From contig NC_087436.1 in the NCBI RefSeq assembly GCF_036321535.1, forward strand, positions 50,408,001 through 50,472,000: DNA of 64,000 nucleotides, given 5' to 3'. The first letter of the stretch is position 1. Each line of letters starts with the position of its first letter. The notes under the pieces were generated by a model. That model was not told the origin of the DNA and did no database searches. It saw nothing but the letters and a program-made list of their open reading frames with translations. This document shows positions 53,548-64,000 of the stretch, piece by piece. The position numbers and the translations under genes were made by a program. This DNA is from Camelus dromedarius. Taxonomy: Eukaryota.

Positions 53548-56329
53548 GAAATACATATTTCCTGTAACTAATTTGAGTGTTCTTTCTGTTAGTTCCCCTG
53601 TGGCTATCAAGATTAGGTCTTTAATGCTTTTCTTAGAAAATCTACCATAACACATTTTCCCATGTGTAACAGTTTCTGGAAGTTTTGGCCTATTTTTCCC
53701 TGGATAGTTATTTTCATGAAATAAATGAGCATAGACCCACCTATATTCTGCAGCTACACTGTATTTTTCAACTTCAGTTTTATAACTGGCTTTCTTAAGC
53801 TTTATATTTGAATAGACATCTGCTAAATATCAACTTATGCTATTATTCAGAAAGCATCTGTTAAGTCTTGTAGTTAACAACTCCATAATTGATTTATTTT
53901 TCTGCCTTAGCTCAAGTTTGTTTTGGGATCTCTCTGAGTTTGCGAATCCTATTTCCTATGTGGAAGTCTCTTGTTTCTTTTACTTACTATGATCTTCATT
54001 AGCTTTGGTTTCCCAATATCAAGATTAAAAATAAAAACATTTGAAGGACATTTTAAAATTTATGAAGCATTTCTGCATACAACATGCTACCCAGTGTAAA
54101 TAAATGTAACTAACATAATTCTATCTTTATAATATTCAGTTGTATTCAGTTTGGTTTATATAATATATATTTCTATATTTATAATATCTGGTTTTTAAAT
54201 ACACTAATAGTATGAATAATACTTCTGGGTTTCTTCTTGTGGTTTGATTATCTTATATATCATATGTCCCCTAGTCCCAACAAAAGCGCTTTTTTGTATA
54301 ATAATTATCTACTAAATGTTTGTTTAACGGATGGATAAGTAAATGATTTTCTATTCTTACTCCAGAGAGAAATGCAGCCTCAAATTCAATATTTCCTTTC
54401 CACCTCCACGTTGTTTGCAGTAAACAGCGCCAAGAGAGGAACAAGGAATGCCATGGGTGAATCTGGGCAACACTGAAGGCTATAGTTTTCCCCAGACCTT
54501 TCAAAAACCAGCAAGAAAAACCATGATTGAGAGTAGAGTTTTCTAATTTAGAGTCTGAAAGAGGCTCCTGGGAAAGATCTATAAGAAATTTTCTATAAAA
54601 ATTTATGTATTCCTAAAGAGGGACCGCATTACTTTCATCACATTCTCAAAGAGTTCTTGATCTAAAAACAAGTTTAGAACTACTGATTCATAGGCTTCAG
54701 TAATACAAGTCAAAGAGAGAGGTGTATAATGTATGTGTTGAAGACATTTTTTATTGCTAGGGGAAAAGCTATAACGCCATGAAACAGGTATCTGTGTAGC
54801 TAGCTGAAATAGTCTCAGTGTTCAAGTCATAATCTGTAACATTATTTTCTGTTATTTTCTTAATAGATAGGCATTCCATTGTAAAACTGCTGTAAGGACG
54901 AGAGTTACCTGTCATATGTTTCCAATTTCATGGTGAGAAACTTATACTACATGTAAACTGCAAATATAAGAGGCTTGATTTGACCAGCACATAGCTAAAT
55001 TAATTTTACAGTCAGATACCTTATTATGGAATTACTCAAGGTTTATTCCCACATTTGTTACTTTATCTTAATAGTTTCATCCATATTTACATTCAGATAT
55101 AACTGACATAAAAAGATCATGCATCCATCTCTACTTAAAATCCATATACATGTAAAATCTCCTACTAGACTTAGCACTTCTAATAAGTATTTGAAACAAA
55201 AAAATATTTATTAAGTATAATATGTTCACCATCCTGGAGATTTCTCTCCTTACTGGACTTCCTCCCCTTTCTTACAGCTCAATCTCCCTTTCTGAGTTTA
55301 GATCTGGGTCAAAGCCCACCCTGGTCTCCCCCAGATAACAGGACAAGCACAGCCCCTCAGAAGAAATGAAACAAGAGACTGGGGGCAATTCTAATCACAC
55401 TTGCAAGGTCTCTTGCTTCCTCCCATGTTCCTACACAAAACATAATAAATACATCAGATCATTTCCTGCTTCTGCTACACTCTGTGATAAGAAGCACGTC
55501 ACAAAAGATAATGTCCACCCTGACAGATACTAAAAACAACAAAACTTGCTCAATACCTGCCAAAGCGTAAACTGATTCCTCCTGTTTTCACTGAATGGGG
55601 TTCCCCATTTTTGTATGTTAACAATAAAAATAAAATTTGAGAGATGTGAGGCCAAGTGAAAAGAGGGAATCAAGAACACATGTTTTAAAATCTTAACACA
55701 GGAGAATTCTTCCACACCTGTAACTTTCCATTTAAATGCTAATATGCTCATTATGATTTTTCATACTTGGGTACTTTCCTTCTTCACTACCCTTCACTAC
55801 AGTGTTCATTTTGTGTGGGTTTTCAGGAGAAGATACATGTCTTAAGCTTTTACTTTAATCCTCCTTGTAATAAGCTTACACTGGGCATTAAGTACTTCTT
55901 TAATTGAAGTGAACCAAGAATGAAGTCTCTCTAAGAAACATAGAAACAAAGGGTTCAAGAGTGCACCTGGCAGATAAGTAAATACCTGATCTGCAAAGAC
56001 ACATAAGGACAATAATAAAAGGCTTTAATACTGTTAATATTTTCCAATGACCCTTTTTATAGCTTGAAGGTCAATGAGGTAAACTTCTGTAGTAGTGAAG
56101 AGTTACATGAACAACTTTTATTCTAAAATATCCAAATAGTCAAAAGGTGTTTCCAGATGACCTTTCTAACCAGTTTTGTATTTAATGCTTAGCTCATATG
56201 GTAAAATGTACTCCTTTATTTCTGAGGCATTACTCAATTATAATGTTTTCCTTGATATAATGTTTCCTCTAGGAGTCTTGAAAAACTAAAGAAGCAAAAA
56301 AAGAAAGAAATTTTAAGATACTCATAAAG

Positions 56330-57570
56330 CTACCCCCACAGAGAAACACTTGATATTTATCATTTTAGACCTTTTATAATATAGAGGCATTAATAAAAAT
56401 GATCCATTGGCCACATACAATCTTCCACATTCTCTTCCCATTCTACATGTGCCACACATTGACGATGGCAGTGCCACAGAAATGAATCTGATCTCCTCTA
56501 TTATCACAGGAACGGTCACCCACCAAACATCCAGTTAGACTGATACGTGAGTAGAAAATAAGCATATTAAACCACGGAGGTTTGCACATTGACTTTTTTT
56601 TTTTTTGGCAACAATTAGCTTACTCTGACTAATATAGTAATTGGCACTTTGAAATGAGATGTTTCCTTAAGAAATCCTTACATACATGTCATTAACTGAG
56701 CAGCTAGATTTTGAGTGGTGAGGAAACTGTTGTCAGAGGCTAAAAAAACAATGAGCCTTATACATAATGGAAAATGGTTAGAGAAAATAAAAGAAATAGT
56801 GTGTACTGGCTACCATCATACAAGGGCAGCTAACTGTTACTATTATGAGAAATAGATAAGCCCAGGAGAGAGTTTTCTGACTTGCAAGGGAATAGAGTTC
56901 ACAAATCTGGAGCCATGAAGAACTAGAAAACCTGATCATTTGCAGAAACCAAACAGTAAGACATAACATAGAGAAAGTTGTTGAGAGACCAAAGCCCTTT
57001 AAGACACAGCCTTATGAAAAAAAAAAAAGAATAAGGATGTGGATTTTTAGCTTTGATTGGACTTTAGATTGCCTCTATTAGAAAGGTGAGTTTGAGGGTA
57101 AGAATAAAATGCTTATTTCATGACTAGAAGACTGTGGAAGAAATAATACTGTGTGCTCATTAAACAATTATATTCCCCTTCTGCGTGCACACACACAACA
57201 CATATTTTTAGGTGATGCAAGGAGGCATCAAAATGGGACCTTTATTTCTCATCAAAGAGAATGAGCAGAAGTTCTATGTCTCAAGTAGTTAAAAGCAAGT
57301 GTGCCTTTTCTACACTCCTTTTTTCTCTCTCTGCTGATTGGGTGATACAGTTATACCTTTGAAGCCATGTATTTGGCCTCATGATAATCTGTGATAGATC
57401 TCTGGGTGACTATGTGGAGCAGACACTCCTCACTCTCCCCCTCACCCCACCACATGCACAAGCTGATCCACATCAGATGGTGAAATGAGAAATAAATAAA
57501 CTTATATTACATTTAGCAACTGTGATATTGAGATTGTGACAGGAATTAGCATTATTTCCCTGACTAATAT
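56330..57570 (+). mobile_element. Degenerate MaLR provirus remnant (LTR - shortened internal - LTR)
   Basis: LTR end ctgactaatata (~56624-56635) is immediately followed by a MaLR-int-like start gtaattggcac...gaaatgagatg. A second LTR end ctgactaatata lies at ~57560-57571. Confidence 0.55.
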
Positions 57571-57571
57571 A

Positions 57572-58440
57572 AATGGATAAATAGATCATGTTGTATTTCT
57601 GGAATGGAATGTCAAACAGCAATATAAATGAATGAATTGATGAATTATAGGTATACACAATATCAAGGGTGAATCTCAGGGATAACATTCCTGATATTAA
57701 AATAAATAAGTAAACAAACAAATTTAAGAAGAAATGTGGGGGGGAAACCCAAATTCAATATGGTACTTATCTCCAAGAATGAAGAAAGGGATATGAGACA
57801 GGGAAGGAAGATCAGACATAATGTATGAAGACAAAGGTAACATTTTATGCCTTAAACTAGCTGTTCTTTGAGTAATTTTTTAAAATGCATGCATACATTC
57901 TATAAAAAGCATTTACTATTCAATTAATATTTACCTTTAAAAAACTTAAAATCAATATAGTTAGTTGTAACATTTTTGAGATCACAAATATATACCTACA
58001 GGGTAAATGAATAAACCACTGCCTGAATAACACAGGAATATGTACTGAGACTTTTGAAAAAGTCTCTAGTGACAGCACAGGGTTCTGTGTCTCAGATAAA
58101 GGCTGTTCCAGTCAACATGATGTTCTCTGGACATCTTTGATAGGCCCCTCAGAAAGTGGCTCCAACAATGAAAAAAAAATAAAGTACTGATACCAAATAC
58201 ACCACCGAGGACTTTGAATAAAATGAATTCTTAAAATGTAAAGAAGCAATATTTATATTTATAAATTATATTATTATTTTATATAACCTGGTTTGAAATA
58301 TGTATGTGTAACTATGAAGTAAATATAAACAGGTATGTAACTGTTGGTGGTGTGATTTTTATACTTTTTCTGTATTATTCAGTATTGTTTGAAGTTTTTT
58401 ATAATGAGCATATGTATTATTTTTACAAAAACCATAAAGT
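57572..58440 (+). mobile_element. Old L1ME-like 3' fragments (interrupted)
   Basis: aatggataaatagatcatgttgtatt...tggaatggaat and ttgtttgaagtttttataatgagcatatgtattatttt-like motifs. Confidence 0.5.
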
Positions 58441-58514
58441 CACTCTCTAAAAAGTCAGAAAATACATTGTACCACAATGAGTGTCCTGAAGCAACTTTTC
58501 CACTTTCTGTTGTG

Positions 58515-58984
58515 TATCGCTTAGCCATTGTGTAATATACCACCCCCAAATCTGGTAGCTTTAAATAGTAGCCATTTTATTACTCCTTCTTGAGTCGTGG
58601 GTCTGGTGGGTACTTCTGCTAGTCTGAACAGGTCCAGATGATCTTGATTGGGCTTGCTCATGCTTCTTCCATCAGCTGGTGGTCAGCTGGGGACTGGCCA
58701 CAGCTGTGATGACTCAGCCCTGCCTCCACTGCCACAGGTTGTTCCAGACTTGTTCTCGTGACAGAAGAAAAAGCCTAAAGAGGCAGTGAAACTACAAAGC
58801 CCCTTGAGATTTAGGCTCAAAACAGTCACTTCTACTGAATTCATTTCGCCAAAGCAAGTAAAAGTACAGTCCAGATTCAAGAGGTAAGGAAAAAGACACC
58901 ACTTATTAAAGGGTAGAGACACAAGCATGATCACAGGATAATGGGGTGGAGAACTGGAGCCATTTTTGGCAATTCACCTATACA
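58515..58984 (-). mobile_element. MaLR LTR (MLT1F/G-like)
   Basis: caccccaaatctggtagctttaaatag...cagtccagattcaagaggtaaggaaaaagacaccac...gccatttttggcaattcacctataca. Confidence 0.75.
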
Positions 58985-59169
58985 AGGTCTAATTCAGAGC
59001 CTGGAAACTGAAGCCAACTACTCACTGAAACAACCCAAACCCTGCTGCTACTTCTCTTTGATGTTACTTATTTCACGTCTCCAAACATCCTGTTCTCTAG
59101 CACTACCAGTGGGACCTTAATTGGGAGATTTCTATACCTCACAATCTTTGAACCTCATTTCTATGTATT

Positions 59170-59955
59170 TCACTTTAGTCATTATTTAAAACAAAATTAT
59201 TGAGTTCTATGCTAAGGGTTAGGATGAAAAAGTAAGCATGGCACTGTCCCTTTCTTCAATGAACTCTCAGATTAATGGAAGACACACAGAGAGAAATAAT
59301 TATACTTAGAAAATAATATAGATTGTAATGACAAAAATATTTAGAAGGGAATTACGGGAGCTCAGAATGACCCTTAAATAGTCTGGGAGAAGCAGAGGGG
59401 AGAGGTCAGATAAGGTTTCCTGAAAAGATGATTCTAAACTGAGTCAGATTAGCTATGTAGATAAAGAAAGTACAGAGGGTATTCCAGCCAAGGCAGCAGA
59501 CTAAACAAAGGCATAGCCATGAAAAGCAGTATTGGGAGAGGCCTCAGTGGGAAAGAAACTATAAGTAATTCAACACAGGAGTGTAAAGGAAAAGAGGAAA
59601 TGGTGAGAGAGAAGACTTCAAGTTTATATTTTGGAAAGATTATTGGCAGTAGTATAGAAGATGGAATGGAAGGAAGAGAAAGAGGCTGATAGAAGAAACA
59701 CTAGAAGTTTAAGCTAGTCCTGTCTCATCCATTTCTATCATATATTAAAATCTACTTTCTTACTCTGTTTGTTGTTCATTTTTCTCTCTCTCTACTAAAA
59801 AGCAACTCCTCAGAGGCAAGGATTTTCGTCTACTTTGTTCATTGGTGAACATCCTAAGCATGATAAATATTGCCTAGCATGTAGTAGACACCTAGTGATA
59901 ATATTCATTTAATAATAATGTTCATTCAATAAATATTTGCTAAACGAACAGATGA
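59170..59955. mobile_element. L2 fragments (antisense ~59170-59700, sense 3' end ~59740-59955)
   Basis: tcactgagttctatgctaagg-like antisense tail; tgcctagcatgtagtagacac...caataaatatttgctaaacgaa. Confidence 0.6.
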
Positions 59956-59957
59956 AC

Positions 59958-60520
59958 CTTAGCCAGAATTTCCCAGAAAACCGGCAATGAGGTAAAGCTA
60001 ATCCACTAATATTTTACTGGGTCATTCGATCCCAGAATATCAAGAATGCGGAAGAAAAGGAAGTGACACAGCAAAACCAAATGCAAGGAATGAATTACTG
60101 AGCTGGCTATAGCTTTAAAGAAAATAAAGGTCAGTTTCTTATCATGAAGGACTTGTCCAGATAGCCTCCATAGAATCATTGTGCCTTGGAAGAGTCCTCC
60201 AGACAGAGGAAGGGAAAGAAATTTATCTGCCAGTTTTCCATCTCTTGTATCTCATTGGTCAAAGCTCGATCCAGAGTGTTGACCCTTGCTCAGTGCCTCC
60301 AGTCAGCTGTTGCAGAAGCTAGATTGCGGGCCCTTGGTTCAGTGCTTTATCTGAGTTTGGATGTAGTGTGAAGAGACAGAGCCTCCATGCATGTAGTGGG
60401 TGGTGCTTTAGTACAAGGGATGCAGGTGCTGCTATTGTGTAGCAGCAAGCAAGAGGGCAAGAGAGCACATGGAGTTCACCTGCAGATCCAGTGCAGAACA
60501 AATGAGTAAAAGAGCATCAG
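59958..60520 (-). mobile_element. Probable ERVL LTR
   Basis: cccagaaaac...tgaggtaaagct...gatcccag...ttactgagctggctatag resembles the antisense of old ERVL LTRs. Confidence 0.5.
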
Positions 60521-60596
60521 ACGTAAATAGAGGTGAACACAATAGTTTCTATTATCTCCTAACTCTGGTAAAGGTTTGCAGAGCAAACTGTAGTTT

Positions 60597-60629
60597 AAAA
60601 CAAACAAACAAACAAACAAACAAACAAAC
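60597..60629. repeat. (AAAC)8 microsatellite
   Basis: Read directly. Confidence 0.95.
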
Positions 60630-60654
60630 TTTGACCCTTATTTAACATACTTAG

Positions 60655-60753
60655 AGGGAGGGTACAGCTTAGTGATAGAGCACATGCTTAGCATGCACAA
60701 GGTCCTGGGTTCAATCCCCAGTACCTCCACTGAAAAAAAAAAAAAAAAAAAAA
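60655..60753 (+). mobile_element. tRNA(Ala)-derived SINE, Vic-1-like (camelid)
   Basis: agggagggtacagcttagtgatagagcacatgcttagcatgcacaaggtcctgggttcaatccccagtacctcca followed by a ~21-nt poly(A). B-box ggttcaatccc. TSD accc(t)tatttaacatacttag at 60634-60654 and 60753-60772. Confidence 0.93.
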
Positions 60754-62046
60754 CCCTATTTAACATACTTAGCTCCATAGAGAATTCTCGCCCACACCCA
60801 AATGCCTAAACAACTCCCCAAAATTCCACTTCAGAATCCACTGGAAGCCATCAGAACATGCTAGGACCTATTCTCTTCCACAATTACTCCCTTAAATTAG
60901 CCATCTTTCCCTGGTAGGATGGAAGTTCCAAAGCCTGAAATGATTGATTTCACTTTCTTTCTCACAATCCTATATTGCAGAGGCATTTTAAAGAAATATT
61001 CTGTCATGCCACTCTTGTAATCTCTTTCTTGACTCCTAATAACCTTGAGTTTCCCAGATTATAAATATCAAAAGCAATTTTAATTAAGTTCTTTGTGGAA
61101 AATAAGGATAGGCCCCAAAATAAATAAATAAATATAAATAGATCTACCAATTCCCAGTATCTGGCAATAACTGTTCCATGAAAAATGTAAGACTCTGGAA
61201 CTAAGTAAATACATGTGATCTTAATATTGCCTGCCATAACTTCAAGAACATACTCTGATACTAAAATAGCATTGTAGGAAAAGTGTTAGACCTTTTAAAA
61301 CTTTAAAAACTCTGTAAAAGGGGAGTAATAACAGCACCTACTTTATAAGATTGCTGTAAGAATTAGATGAACTTGCAGACTATTGATTTACAAAGATTTT
61401 TCTGAAACACTCTTTTGGTTTTTACTTGCAGCTGCCCCTTACTGGCCTTTGTTACAAGATTCAAGTATAAAGAAAAAGGGGTCTGAGAAAAATAATATAT
61501 CTGAATAAAACTCCTCTTTTACTCCTAGCATCCTACCTCTCCTCATACCACAAAGCCTGTTACCGAGTCAGGCTTGTCAGCCTTAGTTTCTCAGGTGCAT
61601 GGTGGACCTACTCTCTTTTCCAGACATATTCCCTTGGTGGACAAAGCTTGAGTCCAAGCTGGAACCTTTACCTAATACAAAAGTAGGACTTTGAAAATTT
61701 CTATGTCACTAATAAATTCTCTCCTTGTCCATCCTTGTATGGAACAATCATATATGTAAATGAGCTCTAATATTTTTGCCTGAATTTGTACCTGATTACA
61801 AAGGTAATATTTCATTACCTTTATGTCGGCTGCAGAATATTTGCTTTTACTTTAAAGTCCTAGTAACAATTTCCAGACCACCCCAGGTTTCTTAATGATA
61901 AACACTCAGCAGCTACAGCTCCTCAGCATATAGACATCATCTTGTTTCCTTCTTATCATTCAAACTTACACATTAGAGAGATTATTTAATCGTGACTTCA
62001 TACATTACTTCATTAACATTTTAAATTGTATAGTTTATTGTCCTTT

Positions 62047-63778
62047 TTTAACATTTTTAATTGAGTTATAGTCATTTTACAATGTTGTGTCAAATTCCAG
62101 TGCAGAGCACAATTTTTCAGTTATACATGAACATACATATACTCATTGTCACATTTTTGTTTGCTGTGAGCTACCACAATATCTTGTATACATGTCCCTG
62201 TGCTATACAGTATAATCTTGTTTATCTATTCTGTATATGCCTGTTACTATCTACAAATTTTGAAATCCCAGTCTGTCCCTTCCCACTCCCTGCCCCTTTG
62301 GCAACCACAAGTTTGCATTCTATGTCTAGGAGTCTGTTTCTGTTTTGTATTTGTGTTTTTTGTTTTGTATTGTTTTTGTTTTTTTAGATTCCACATATGA
62401 GCAATCTCATATGGTATTTTTCTTTCTCTTTCTGGCTTACTTCACTTAGAATGACATTCTCCAGGAACATTCATGTTGCTGCAAATGGTGTTATGTTGTC
62501 GGTTTTTATGGCTGAGTAGTATTCCATTGTATAAATATACCACCTCTTCTTTATCCAGTCATCTGTTGATGGACATTTAGGCTGTTTCCATGTCATGGAT
62601 ATAAATAGTGCTGCTATGAACATTGGGGTGCAGGTGTCTTTTTGAAGCAAGGTTCCTTCTGGATATATGCCCAGGAACGGGATGACTGGGTCATATGGTA
62701 AGTCTATTCCTAGTTCTTTTGAGGAATCTCCATACTGTTTTCCACAGTGGTTGTACCAAACTGCATTCTCACCAGCAGTGGAGGAGGGTTTCCTTTTCTC
62801 CACAGCCTCTCCAGCATTTGTCATTTGTGGACTTTTGAATGATGGCCATTCTGACTGGTGTGAGGTGATACCTCATTGTAGTTTTAATTTGCATTTCTCT
62901 GATAGTTAGTGATACTGAGTATTTTTTCATGTGCTTATTGATCATTTGTATGTCTTCCTTGGAGAACTGCTTGTTTAGGTCTTCTGCCCATTTTTGGGTT
63001 CGGTTGTTTGTTTTTTTCTTATTATGTCATATGAGCTGCTTATATATTCTGGAGATCAAGCCTATGTCGTTTTCATCATTTGCAAAAATGTTCTCCCATT
63101 CTGTAGGTTGTCGTTTTGTTTTACTTATGGTTTCCTTTGCTGTGCAAAAGCTTGTAAGTTTAATTAGGTCCCATTTGTTTATTCTTGCTTTTATTTCTAT
63201 TGCTTGGGTAGACTGTCCAAGGAGAGCATTTTTGAGATGTATGTCAGATAATGTTTTGCCTATATTTTCCTCTAGGAGGTTTATTATATCTTGTCTTATG
63301 TTTAAGTCTTTGATCCATTTTGAGTTTATTTTTGTATATGGTGTAAGGGAGTGTTCTAGCTTCATTGTTTTACATGCTGCTGTCCAGTTTTCTCAACACC
63401 ATTTGCTGAAGAGACTATCTTTATTCCATGTATATTCTTGCCTCCTTTGTCGAAGATTAGTTGACCAAAAGTTTGTGGGTTCATTTCTGGGCTCTCTATT
63501 CTGTTCCATTGGTCCATATGTCTGTTTCTGTACCAATACCATGCTGTCTTGATGACTGTAGCTCTATAGTATTGTCTGAAGTCTGGGAGAGTTATTCTTC
63601 CAGTCTCTTTCTTTTCCTTCAGTAATGCTTTGGCAATTCTAGGTCTTTTGTGGTTCCATATAAATTTTACTATGATTTGTTCTAGTTCTGTGAAATATGT
63701 CCTGGGTAATTGGATAGGGATTGCATTAAATCTATTGATTGCCTTGGGCAGTAAGACCCTTCTAACAATATTGATTCT
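62047..63778 (-). mobile_element. 5'-truncated L1 (~1.73 kb; disrupted ORF2 C-terminal part plus 3' UTR)
   Basis: Translations [24 protein letters not shown]...[19 protein letters not shown] and [15 protein letters not shown]...DTCTPMFIAALF...WYIYTMEYYSAIK. Flanked by a 63-bp direct repeat. Confidence 0.98.
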
Positions 63779-64000
63779 ATTGATATTGATTTAATCATGA
63801 CTTCATACATTACTTCATTAACATTTTAAACTACATAGTTTAATGTCTTTTAAAGATGAGAAATTCTGTCCAAGGGAAGAATAATGAAACTATCTTCTAT
63901 ACCTAGTATCTTTTATATTTATCTTTCATATTTAGAATATTCTGAGCTGTAAATTTCAGTTTCAGATGTAATAGAAAGGTACCGCCTATTAAAGGAAAGA

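Noticed and set aside
60658..60729. tRNA-Ala(AGC) gene
   Set aside because: Broken acceptor and anticodon stems, a poly(A) tail and a TSD mark it as a SINE.
62929..63552. 207-aa ORF, the longest in the window
   Set aside because: It is antisense to L1 ORF2, a common artefact. The same applies to 62667-62909, 23589-23900, 39306-39557 and 40950-41141.
1..64000. A novel multi-component biological system
   Set aside because: No intact genes, arrays or organised modules are visible. The structure I could resolve is explained by transposon debris and local duplications. Short conserved exons or lncRNAs cannot be excluded without alignment and expression data.

Overview
AT-rich, CpG-poor mammalian genomic DNA that is intergenic or deep-intronic. 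It is most likely camelid, because it carries a Vic-1-type tRNA(Ala)-derived SINE at 60655-60753. I could not support any host protein-coding gene, functional RNA gene, CpG island, CRISPR array or operon-like system. All ORFs with recognisable content are decayed LINE-1 ORF2 or LINE-2 reverse-transcriptase remnants, or antisense artefacts. Much of the window is transposon debris of several ages: L2 and MIR, MaLR/ERVL/ERV1 LTR pieces, a complete-ended Tigger2 derivative, old L1M, younger L1 3' ends and one SINE. Repeat family names come from my recollection of consensus sequences, not from a database search, and most boundaries are approximate. I found no novel multi-gene system. The strongest sequence-level oddities are (1) an L1 with a 63-bp target-site duplication and a templated 5' filler, (2) a 136-bp ungapped inverted duplication that crosses an LTR boundary, and (3) several small local duplications and two unassigned coding-like segments.
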